From Octopus sinensis (lineage: Eukaryota): a DNA stretch of 64,000 bases. Of the stretch, positions 1 to 11,399 are shown piece after piece. The notes beneath the pieces are model-generated. The model made no database searches and was not told the origin of the DNA. It saw only the letters and a program-made list of their open reading frames with translations. The position numbers and the translations under genes were made by a program. Location: positions 372,001 through 436,000 of the forward strand of contig NW_021826031.1 of NCBI RefSeq assembly GCF_006345805.1. The letters run 5' to 3'. How positions within the stretch are numbered: position 1 is the stretch's first letter; each line of letters starts with the position of its first letter.

Positions 1-1330
1 GAGAAAGGAAATCTAAACAGCCTACGCCCGGTTACGCTAATGAATACGCTAAGGAAAATACTTTCCCTTGTTGTGCTGGATCGTATTTCAGGACCTTTAA
101 ATAAGTTCCTAAACCCGAGTCAAAGTGGATTCAGACCTGGAAGGTCGACAGCAGACGTAGTATGGAGCCACAGATGGCTGTGTGCAATGTGCCAGAAACA
201 CAAAGAAGAAATCTCAATCCTTGGAATTGATCTATCCCGTGCCTTCGATACAATCAACCGCAAAAAGCTGATGCATGTATTGGAAGGCATCCTAGATGGG
301 GATGCATTACGTATGATCAGATTCTTACTCGCCAACACATCGCTATCCGTGCGTGTGGGAAACTATACCTCGATGAAGTTTAAAACCGACACTGGCGTAC
401 CTCAGGGCGACTCGTTATCTCCGGTTCTATTCATAATCTACCTGGAGGCAGCCCTAAGACCTCTTCGGAGGAATAAATGCTTTACCAACGTGATGGAAGT
501 AATTTACGCCGACGATATTGATTTCGTCTCCCGAGATCAGGACTCACTGGAAAACTTATTAAAAGTGATCCCTCATTCGTTGAAGGACTGGTCCCTTGTA
601 ATAAACCCGGACAAAACGGAAAGAACTACCATATCCCGCCTGGGGACGAGAAACGAGGAGAAGTGGAGAATATGCAAGAAAGTTGGATCTCTCCTTGGGG
701 ACTCGGAGGACGTTATTCGAAGGAAAGTGCTGGCTGCTGCATCCTTCAAAAAAATGTGGATGATCTGGATGAGGCGCAAGTACATAGGAACCCGCCTTCG
801 AATTCGGCTGTACAGCTCCTTTGTCGAACCAATCTTGCTTTACAACGCGGGGACCTGGGGCCTAACCGCTAAAGAACTGGAGCAGCTCAACTCTTTCCAC
901 AGAAAACAACTACGACTACTCCTGGGAATTCACTGGCCAAAAAAGATGACCAATAATGAACTCTACAGAATCACCCATACATCCGAGATTGCAAAGAAAG
1001 TGATTTTCACGAAGTGGATGCTCTTTTGACATGTCCTAAGAGCCTCGGAAATAACGCCGGCCAATCAGAACATGGAATCCTACTTCTGCTCATTAAATAA
1101 AACGGCATATAGGGGCCGACAAAGAACAACATTACCGACTACGCTCGACCATGATCTCACGTCGATTGAAAGGAAACTGAAATCGGCCGATGATCTGGAC
1201 GAACTGAGATACCTCGCACGTAACAGGGGAGCGTGGATACGACTAACAGAGCGTATCCTGAGTCGGATGGCAAAAGTGGAATCTTAATTAACTTTTTGAT
1301 TCCGCGAGATTGCTTTAATAATAATAATAA
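1..1330 (+). mobile_element. RTE-clade non-LTR retrotransposon, 3' part (RT and C-terminus) with a (TAA)5 tail; cut by the window start
   Basis: RT motifs QSGFRPGRST, GIDLSRAFD, GVPQGDSLSP and YADD in ORF 40-1029. The frame continues past one TGA (1027-1029; LF*HVLR vs the usual FGHVLR) through ORF 1072-1287. The tail taa x5 is at 1316-1330. Confidence 0.85.
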
Positions 1331-1894
1331 GCAAAAGAAGTTGGAGATTTAGTATTGGTTGAAAAAAGGACCTAACGACGATTTAAAATATTACAAATTT
1401 AAATTAGTTTATGAAGGTTTTTTTTGAATTTTATTACAAAAAATCTTTTCGGAAACAAAATTAGAAGCAACAATTCTGAGCAAAAAAAGAAATAGTAAAT
1501 TTTGAATTAAAGTAAATTGTTAAACTTGGTTGGAAGGCTTTTGTGATTGTGATTTTAATGGTGAATTGCATGGATGGAAACTTTCTTGGGCTATTTTGTA
1601 AAGGAACCCTGTTTCGTTTCTTTTTTAGAGCCTTAAATTTCCCATTTTTAAATTCAATACAAATTTTTCAAATGATATTCGAAAAATACACAGTAGATTA
1701 GCCATTTAACAAAAAAATTTAATGAAAATATTCATTTTAAGAAAGTCAATATATTTTATACCTTTTTCCTTAGATAAATTCAAAAATATTTTGTTTGTAT
1801 TGATAAATATTTAAATATATGTATATATTTATTCCGTTTATTTGAGATTTTATTTAAACTAATTTATATTAATTCTGTGGTTTTGTTGTTAACC

Positions 1895-3578
1895 ATGTAC
1901 TCATTTAATTTCACTTTTGAATATGAAATAGGCCAAAAAAAATATAATCAAACAATCCCTACCGAACTTCCTTTAAATAAAACAATAAATGAACATTGCC
2001 TTCATATTATCAAAAAATATGACATTCCCTGTTTTTTATTTGAAAGTAAAACATATTTTAAAACATTTTTTAAAGAATTTAAAACGAATTTTACCAAATT
2101 TATTCGAGAGGTTGAAACAAGTCAATATTTTACAAAAATAAAACCCTTAATTGAGCTAATCAAATTGAATTCTGAAATGATTGACACTTTGTCTTATTCT
2201 TTTGCCGAAATGTACCAAAACGTTTTATTTTGTCGAGAAATGATAGAATTGGGTCAAGTATAACTCCGACTATAAAACAAACGGAATCTCTCAGACAAAT
2301 AACAATTTGAGTTTTCGTGAAAAATTTGATTCAGTTTTGCAGTCAAAAATGGACTCATTGATTCATTTTGAAAATGAACTGGTCAAAGATATAAACAGAC
2401 TTTACCATCAACGTGAGACTGATCTCATTTCCCACAGGTGAATCAACTGAAACAACTTTTTAAGGTCTTCAAAATCTCAAGACGACACTTCTTTGAAAAT
2501 GTGATATATAAACTATATTTTGACTAGGAAATTATTTTGAGCTGGAAACAGAGGGTTGAGTCAAAAAAGGAAAAACAACGCAAAAATTATTATGCCCACG
2601 TTGACAGCCTTGTTTCGGGAAATAACCAAATTCCTTTCACTGTAGGACTTGAGACTGGGATACTTACATCTGAGGAGTACATGGAGGAGTGTTTCACTGT
2701 GTGTACTGGTGATACTCAAACTAACAAATAGACCCTTCCTTCATGTACACGAATAACATAAGACTCATTGCTAACATGCCCATCGACTTTAGCATCCTTC
2801 TAGACTCCCGGGGGTTATTTGGTCATCAATATCCATAGAGAGATCTCTCCTCCGCAGAGGATTGACTCTATTATGTCTTTGTATGCCAACAAGTTCAATG
2901 GACTGTTAGTTTTTACTGATGACATCATTTCTCCTACCTTAGAGACAGCCAAAGGTGACCAATGGTTATTTTAAGTTGATAGATTTGATAAATTCTGCAG
3001 ATCGTTACTGTGACTTTCAGTTCGAAGATATTTATTCACAACTTAAAAAAACGTGATTTAACATGTTTTTAAGATGTAGACCAAAGTCTCCGTGGACAGT
3101 TGGTGATGTTGTGATTACCAAACATTCCAATCTTAACCAAATCCACGTTGCATTTCACGTGCTCTGCAATTCGAATGATCTCGTATTTTGTATTTTTATT
3201 TTTAAGCAATCTGCCTTCATACCTACAACAAGCGTTGCTTTCGAAGCATTAGGAAACGTTCTTCAGTTTTGTGCAAGACAAAACGTGGTGGATTTGACTG
3301 TCCCATTATTTCTGATTGATCCGCCGAAACTTGTAAGTTTTGTTTACAAATGTTAGACTGGACATGAATACGATGATTGGTGCTATACTAGGGCTGATGG
3401 AGTTCTCAAATTTATTCGAGGAACTCTTAGTGATATTGGGACATCTCAGTTGAGCCTGAGATTTGTGATCCCCAGGTAAAGTCGTTGTTGTCATATTTAG
3501 TCGACCACAATTCTTCTGTTTGACCGGATTTCATCGCTTGTAGAGAATATATATAAACAGAGAGTAATCAATGTTTGA
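1895..3578 (+). CDS. FERRY3: C12orf4/FERRY3 homologue, multi-exon
   Basis: Spliced translation gives ECFT..NNIRL, IMSLYANKFNGLLVF, DVVITKHSNLNQIHVAFH and LGNVLQFC..LTVPLFL. These match human C12orf4 ESFT..HNLRL, ALSLYSTSLCGLVLL, EFYITRHSNLSEIHVAFH and LRNILKVC..ISIPLLL. Short GT-AG introns of about 23-25 nt. The 3' end is approximate. Confidence 0.8.
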
Positions 3579-5086
3579 AATTCATTTTTAATTGCCTTCC
3601 TTAACATTTTTTTATTTTTTGATAATAAAAAATTAAAGAATTTTCATAATTGATTTTTTACTAAAAAGTATAAATTTGTCAAGTTAGTAGATTCTGAGAA
3701 TAGATTTTTGTTACATTTCGCCTTTGAAAACATAATCAACAATTACATTTTATTGTAGGGAAAATAATCCATACTTTTAATAACAATTTGAATACATTGA
3801 TTTAGTGATTCCGTTTATTTTTTATATTGTATTGTATCTCCACAAACTAAGAAACCTTCTGAATGTCTATGAAACAAAGTGTCTCACGTAATATTCTTTA
3901 AGCATGTACTAGAGAAAAAATATTTCTAGATCTCCTGCCTGCGCTATGTCCACAGCTTGACCAATTCTCATTAGGAGTCATTTGTTGTGTTAGGTCTGAA
4001 AAAAAGGTAGAATAATTAAATCAAAGACAGTAAGTGGCCCTGTTGATGGTAGAGGCAGGAATGGCGATCCAAGTCATTCTGTGAGATTTGAGATCCTAAT
4101 CTGTGGAAAATGACTTATTTGGGGTCCTTTCTCTAAATAACTGATTCAAGGAACAAAAGGATAACAGAAAGGCGGAAATATGATTCGAGTAAACCAAGAA
4201 AGAGACACTGACTCACTATAGTCCACTTGTGTTTCAAAATCAATTTAATCTTCAATTTGTGCCTGAAGGAGAAGATTACACATTAGACATGTGACTTTTT
4301 CATAGTGGTCTATTAGCTCTTCCACTACCTAAATACTCGTCACATTTAACTATACAAAATCTCTGGACTGCAAACACAGACAGTCTACCTAAATGTAAAA
4401 AGTTTTATAAATTGAGTTAATTTTGTCTGCTGCCAACCATTTATTTTTCAAAAAAAAATTTTTTGTGACCTGCTTCAAAAAATTCAATTATGATTGTTTT
4501 GAAAATAAAGACCGAGAATTAATTTTTTGAAATAAACTCGATAATCAGCTTTATGTTGTTTTAGTAACCTCACTGTTTACGTTTCAAAGGATCCGAACCT
4601 TTAGTATTCTCATGATTAGAAGGATTTGGACTTTCCTAAAAGCAAAAACGAAACTTGATCGTCATAAAACTGTAAGCTTCAAAAATAATACGATGGCCTT
4701 TTAATTTTCGTGAAAGTTTTTTTTTAATATCTACATTGAACGAACCATTAAGGATTTTCGTTCTGGTTAGTCTCCGGGATTGTTTCAAGGATCAAATCCA
4801 TTGATTTGAAAGAATCTATAATCTTGATTTTTTATTTGTCAAAACCAGTTCGATAATTGTTCTGACTTCCGGACATGGATATTGAAACGAAATTTGACAT
4901 TGCATACACTGACTATATAATTCGCCAATTCTGTAACTCTTAAAATTGTGCAAGTCACCACCTTTTTGATAGAGACATCATTTTTCGTATTACAATATAA
5001 TTCACAAAAATCTATTATTCGCCAATAATTTGTTTTTTCTGAAACATCTCAGCGAAAAAGAAAATACAAAAAATTATTTTGAACTG

Positions 5087-5248
5087 CCGGGCTATAAGAG
5101 TTCCCCCGGAAAATCCCAAAGAGACATTTTGAAAAAGATGACGAGTCTCTTTTCATCCTTATTTTGCTTAGCAATCTTCGTCCCCACCCGACCAAGGAAG
5201 AAAAGAAAACGATTGCGGGGCGAATACCCCGATGTCTCCACGGCCATG
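5087..5248 (-). mobile_element. Degenerate 3' end of a CRE-clade non-LTR element
   Basis: With frameshifts the minus strand reads AVETSG...FLGRVGTKIA...GIFRGNS, matching the CRE C-terminus AAETSG...FLRKLGAKIS...IIRGNS of the intact copy at 53878-56799. Confidence 0.55.
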
Positions 5249-6348
5249 AACATTAATACGGAAATTTATAAATTTTTTATATTTATTTTTTCTTTGTTGT
5301 TTCTGTTAAATAAATAATAAATACTCACGCTATTTGTCGTTATTTGTTATGTAAGCATTCTATTAAACATTTGATGCTTGATCAAATGTGAGTCATTAAT
5401 GCTAGAATAATCTTGTTTTAAAATGATTTAAAACGCACATTTCAAAAATAATTAAAAAATTCAATATGTTTCAGCATAGTAGATAGCCCCCATAGAGGAT
5501 TAGTTTGGCTAGAACGGACCATGCTTAAGAGGTCGACAAAGGACAACACTACTGATTATCCTTGACGAGGATTTTAAGAGCATTTGAACCACTTTAGAAA
5601 TGAAAAGTACTCTACATGTTACGGTACGAAATGGAGAAAATTTTCCAGAAATTTGACCTATTGTGCTGCACATGCGTTTTAATGCCCGATGACATCGCGC
5701 AGTGCTGATAATATTATATCTAAAATCAGAAAAAAAAACTTTTTAATTTTATCATGTGTTTGACGCTTTGTATTTTCCTTGTTACTTACATTTTTGTTAA
5801 TTAATATTTTACTTACTTGAACTTCCACCTAAATCTATATTTTAAATTAGCAAGAGAAGTTTTGGATTATTATTAAACTCTCAAAAAGTATAAATAACAA
5901 ACACAAATCTTCTGCAATACTCTGTTCAAAATTTTGACTTGAATTGGAATAAAAAAACTGACATGTGGTCGTAACTCTATCAAATTAAGGAAAAACTTGG
6001 TCATGTTTTCTGAGATTTACAATCTCTGTTAAAATTGATTCATAAAAATATAATATTTACAAATATCTTGTTTAATTGTCATTTAAGATCTTGTGGGGTG
6101 TTTTTGATTGGGTCAACTCCATATTTGAGAGATAATTCTCTAATCAATAATTGTAGTATTTAGGTCGTGTGAAAAGATTCCAAGCTTTTAATTCTAATCC
6201 CATTAAACAGTAAACAATGAATAATATAAATCAATTTGAATTTTAGTCAATTCAATTCTTTTATTTCGTTTCAGATAACAAACGTTTATCACTAAATCTA
6301 TATACAAATTTATTCAAATAATACCGTAAAAATGATAATTTTGAAAGA

Positions 6349-7009
6349 ATGATCAAGTCCAGTGATAACTTAGAAATGGAAAAAAAAGAAATGTGCAATA
6401 TTTGCCATAAAACATTTTTGTCTCAAAAAGGACTGAAACAACATATGAACATTCATTCGAGCTATAGACCATTTACCTGTGAGGTACTTTCACTTAAAAC
6501 AACGCTCCAAGGTCTGTAGTAAAACATATACGCAATACTCCAATTTATGCAGACATAAAAAAAAGCACAGCGTAAAAAAATCTGGTGCTACGATGGATAC
6601 TAGCAGATGGCAAAACTCACTAGAAAATGACGAATCCGAAGAAAAAAAACTAAATGTAAATTATACTATCAGTTGTATTTAAGGAAGAATGTTCGATAAA
6701 GTATGAAAATTATTCAGAGCCATATATTACAAGAGCATGCTAGATGTTATAAAACATAACGAAATGTTAGTTTATTACTATTTCATGTCTTTGGGAATGT
6801 ATAATCTAACCCCATTAATCTATCGAAACAATTTGAATACAATTGAATTCAATAGTGAAAAATGCGATAAATCGGACCAAAAGTGCAAAAACTTATCAAT
6901 TCAAGAAGATAAAAATATTGATAAAAAACTAGATTGCACTTTATGTAAAAGAAAGTATTCAAATACTTCCAACCTTATTCGACATGTTAAAAAAGCTCAT
7001 AAAAAATAA
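6349..7009 (+). CDS. Small C2H2 zinc-finger transcription factor, EVI1/PRDM16/Hamlet/EGL-43-like
   Basis: Removing a 28-nt intron (6484-6511) gives [49 protein letters not shown], close to EVI1/PRDM16 [49 protein letters not shown]. A third finger, CTLCKRKYSNTSNLIRHVKKAH, lies near the C-terminus. Confidence 0.75.
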
Positions 7010-7189
7010 ATTTAAAAAAATAACAGATTAACATATTCAAATTTCATTTTTTGCATTTTTGCTATTTTAATTAATGATAGCTCCGTAAATCCTTTTAATC
7101 TCGAACCGAAAAATTTCGATAAAATAACCTCTATAAAATATTAATTAATAATTATTGTTTTATTTAAAAATTGTTTTTATAAAATACGA

Positions 7190-8339
7190 TGAGTTTGTGT
7201 GAATTCACTAATCATTTATAGACATTCTTACCAAAAATATATCAATAATTAAAAAAACAAGAACACTTTCAGACAGAGTGAAAGGAATTATAACTGAAGA
7301 CACCAAAGAATTAATCAGTTTTGAACGTTCCTCCCCGCACATCCCTCAGAGAGCTACGATAAAAATAAGAAGATTTTTAACGGGGCGATCGACTTTTATT
7401 TACACAAACAAGGCAATTTACGACGCGGCCACGTAGAATTCATTAACAGTGCACTCGAAAACATGAAAGTACTGATTCTCTTTTAATTCATAGAAATTCG
7501 GAATGGAGCAAGATTTAGATTCATATATTAGAATATTGGAGGTTTTTCCTAAAGGGAAGATGATTGCAGAGACAGCTTTTCAGAGGGAACTAGTCCATTA
7601 CCCTAAACAGCAGCACTGCTGTGGAAACATAATCTATCACATGGAAAAGAACGGTATATGAGCGAGTCTTGACTTTTAAGGAGTCGTTCCCAATGAAAAA
7701 GTCGGCGAAATCATTTCCAGTGTATTCGGGCTCAAATCTTTTGCAATGAAGAGATATTTAAGGGCGATGTATTGGATGCCAAAGTTTAAAGGAATGAACC
7801 CCCACTATGTTCCCCCTCTTCCTAAAGAACACGTCAAATCAGATCACTTCCAGCTCACCTTGGCCAGAGTCGCTCTAAAAAGAATGTCGTTTGACATCGA
7901 AGCAGTTATTTCTTGCCACAAACTAAGGAGTCAGCCAAATTCTCTGTTCATAGTCTCCTCACAAAGTCCACTGCAGAAAGAGCTGATAGAAAAGGCTCCA
8001 GCTTGTTCCCAGTTCTGTATTTCTGGGCCGTTCAAAAGTTTTTTGAGAAAACATATGCTTAGCTATTACGTGTTGGGGTATAGGACTGATGCAACTGGTA
8101 GAGTGGAGAATTCGGACGAAAATTTGTTTAATTTTTACTTTGAAAGTGAAGAAGATAGGAAAAAACTAAAACCTGTAAAAACAATACATGAACAAGATGA
8201 TGAAACAATCCTGGCACTGTGTATTTTGGTAGGAAATGAATTGGATTTTGGATCCACTCTCAGTGGGTGGCTGACCTATTTACAGGAGGAAAATCCAAGT
8301 TTAGTTTCCAGACAAGTGAATATACGTCTGTCTGAATAA
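7190..8339 (+). CDS. ECSIT: ECSIT (mitochondrial complex I assembly / Toll pathway intermediate)
   Basis: Exons encode RRGHVEFINSALENMK, LEVFPKGKM..HYPKQQHC..MEKNG, WMPKFKGMNP and SGPFKSFLRKHMLSYYVL, following the ECSIT motifs RRGHIDFIY, HYPRQQEC, WFTRFKNINP and EGPF. The start is approximate. Confidence 0.85.
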
Positions 8340-8485
8340 AACTAATCTTCCATTGTTGCATCAATAATTTTCAAGCAGAGATTTACAATTTTTTTAATAA
8401 CAACTTTTGTACATAGTCTTGAAATGTTATAAAATCGAGGATAAATTCTTAAAGGAAAATGTTTTTTTAAGTAAGAATTGGGAAT

Positions 8486-8664
8486 GGCAGAGTGTTTGTC
8501 CCCTTGGCTGTTGAGACGTCAGGAATACAGGGGCCTTCTACTCGACTCTACTCCAGCGGATTGGCTCACTAATCGAAAGGGTTACCGGCGACCCGTGTGA
8601 GCACCGGTATTTAACCGAACGAATATCTATAGCCATAATCAGAGGCAGTACTCTGGCTATCTGA
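8486..8664 (+). mobile_element. 5'-truncated CRE-clade 3' fragment
   Basis: Reads FVPLAVETSGIQGPST (frameshift) RIGSLIERVTGDPCEHRYLTERISIAIIRGSTLAI*. Confidence 0.75.
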
Positions 8665-8782
8665 CAATGACGATTTCTCTCTTGTCCTTTTATTAATTTT
8701 GCATTAATAATTAGATAGAAAAGAGTTATTGGCAGGATATATAAAAATAATGTAAAATAAAACTATCCAGGTTAATATATAA

Positions 8783-11248
8783 TCATCTCATCAGTAAAAT
8801 TTCCCCTGAATCAGATGCAACTAAAATAAGATGATGACTCCGAGAAAGAAAAGTAAAACATTTGATATTCCCTTTAAATAAATTGACAGGCAATTCCATC
8901 GGCTGATAGCAACTCTAGAGAAATCAAAAATTTAATTGTACTTTTTTGCCCGTAAACGACCCGTACCACCCAAGACGATGATTTGCCGACAGAGTGACCA
9001 AATCATTATTGTGGACTTCCATCTGAGATATGACATCCTGATGACCTCAAAATATACCAAAGTGTCAAACCACTGAGAATAAAATCTGATTTGACGTGGT
9101 CTTGGTAAACATTCAAACCAATAAGAGGCTTGTCAGAACCAGAAGCCATCAACAATGAAGAAACATTGACCTTCTTTATTTCAAAGGGAGTGTGATATGT
9201 TCCTCCATAATCCTCCCAGAACGAATATCCGTGATGTACAAAAGTCCCGCAGATGAAGAAACAGCGACCCAATTATCAGATGGATCCACAGACACACTAT
9301 TCACAGAACCAGAACTAAAACGGTCGACAAGTCGAAAGAACAAAGAGGGGCTCTTTGCTCGAATGTCATACAAACTAGCACATACAGGAAACATGAAACC
9401 CAATGTTAAGTCGACTGGTAGCCAATAGTATAGTAGACGAGGGAGAATGCAGGGACAATATCAGCGATGTCAAACATGGGATCATAAACCGCACAACTCC
9501 CCCCTGAGAGTAATCCAGTGTCTGGAAAAGTGATTTCACATAAAAAACGTGAAGACTTCCATCACAAGAAACGGCCTGCTCTCTTGACTGTCTTGTCATG
9601 GGAAACACTTAAAATCGATTTTCAGCACCAAGTGCTTGGATTTTGACACCGCTTATTTCGTTAATTTCAAATTAACGGATCAGTAAAAAACTAGGGAATA
9701 CATTCGTCGGGAGATCAGGAATAGAGACGAGACAGTGAGTTGGGATATTCCTTGGGAACCAACCGCTGTCTGGGAATACAGGACACGTTATACCTCACAA
9801 TGGAGCATAGGATGAACTTGGGAGTCCTCCTGGCCATATACATGTAGTATGTAACGTCTGATTGCATCCCAACAATTTGATGAGGCTTATGTTTATTCAC
9901 AGAAAATTCATTTTCGTATACAGTTTTGAAAAATCCATTAAAAGTGACATCCAACTGGTCGTCTCCCTTGCATAATCTGTACGGTACTTTTGTCGAAGTG
10001 GTCGCAGTTTTTTAGAAGATAATTAAAATTAATTAATTTTTTTAGTGAAAAATAGATTATTTAATTTATAACCCTCTATCAATAATTTAAATGGTTATTA
10101 AAATTATTTAAAAATTTATTTAACCAATTTAGTCATTTTTAGTAAAAGTACCATCTGTACTTTGATTTTGTCAGATCTCGCAAATTCCCATCCTCTGTTT
10201 CAAAGTCAGAGACCCACGGAAATATTGGATGGACATGGGCAGATTCCATTTTCCTTCCAGCCATCGAGTTTAGCAACATCAAGTAATCGTAGTTTGACAT
10301 TTTACCACACTGTCAGTCCTTCACGGCGGAATAAAAATTTTTTTTGGGCAAAGTGCCCTCATTGAAATTTTCAATCGGAGAACAAAAGTCTCCTTCATCC
10401 ACGAATTGCGAACTCTCCGCAAAAAAGGCGGAAATGTAAGCCCAAAAGAGGAACTGACGTGAATATCAGAACAAGAAAGGGCAGGTAATTCAAGTCCATT
10501 TTTACTTAAAATCGAATTTAGGTGAAAAGTTGATAAATAAAATAACTCAGCAAAATTCCGCCATTTTTACGGAATTCCGTGGGACAGAATGCAAACATAT
10601 CCTACAGACTTGGATTTCCACGGAGTTCTACAAAAACCTCAAATCCGTCGACCGTGAATTCAAAAATAGAGGGAATTAAACTGCCGGGTAGATAACCTCG
10701 ACATTGCTGAGCGTACAAAGCGAGACTGTTCCTCTAATTTTAATAAACGTGTCCTCAACTGTTGTTGTGGCTTGGGAAGACTTTTCTTTGAGTGCTTTCT
10801 CCAAACCAAAGTGTCTGGAAATGTGAGGACAACTGTCGAGAACTTTTGCATGTCCCTCTGCTGGCTTTCCAAAACTCGTGTCCTCAGCAATTCACTTACG
10901 AAATAGAGTCAGTTGTTGAAGAAACGCGACTTTTTGATTGAGTACAAATTCGTACTTTTCAGATTTTTGAGGTCGTGTTTTAAGGAAAAATGCTCTCAAT
11001 TTTATCGTTTTATCCGCAATGATGGATTCACGGGAATATCCGAATTCTTGTAATATTTCTGTTAAAAATTGCATGTCGAACTTTTCGTTGTTTAATCCTT
11101 TTCTGTCATAAAACGAATATCGGCCTAGGAGATATATTATTGGGGGTGTACTTCGATGTCGAATACTGAAATTTCGCCATTTGATCGTTCTTTGTTCAAA
11201 AATGTTGAATTTGTACTGAATCCACATTTTTGAAGAATTTTCTGACAT
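8783..11248 (-). pseudogene. WDR81: WDR81 (BEACH plus WD40) pseudogene
   Basis: BEACH motifs D*QCGKMSNYDYLMLLNSMAGR..HPIFPWVSDF, LRDLTKSKYRLCKGDDQLDVTF, SDVTYYMYMARRTP..EYPNS and YS*SPDECIP*FFTDP; WD motifs AVSCDGSLHVF and FKGNIKC..LVASDSGEILLMR*. It has at least four in-frame stops, frameshifts, a large deletion between BEACH and WD40, and a Merlin insertion in an exon. Confidence 0.8.
9983..10152. mobile_element. 170-bp Merlin-family MITE
   Basis: Starts with the family TIR ggtacttttgtcgaagtggtcgcag and ends aaaagtacc. It has a perfect 8-bp TSD atctgtac (9975-9982 and 10153-10160). Removing it restores the WDR81 BEACH frame. Confidence 0.9.
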
Positions 11249-11399
11249 TCATTGACATCAATACTCATATTGACTACTTAGACCACAAAATTTAATTAAC
11301 ATTTAAATAAATTTATATATAAATATCAAAATCACCATAATTTAATTTTTCCACAATAACAAACACAACGATGGGGCAGTATATTCAATACCAAGCCTC

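Noticed and set aside
3800-5000. Coding-like minus-strand segments with in-frame stops; similar segments near 19.8-20.1 kb and 62.1-62.6 kb
   Set aside because: These may be further decayed genes, but I recognise no family, so no call is made. BLASTx would decide.
5030-5317. 95-aa plus-strand ORF
   Set aside because: It is the antisense shadow of a degenerate CRE 3' end plus AT-rich filler.
9975-10160. Merlin MITE acting as an introner: the TSD reads gtacagat on the sense strand, so GT-to-AG splicing between the two TSD copies would give an in-frame 6-nt deletion
   Set aside because: The host frame has independent stops on both sides. The better donor in the TIR (G|gtactt) would create a TGA, and 178 nt is far above the local intron size. 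Worth rechecking only if such MITEs occur in intact genes.
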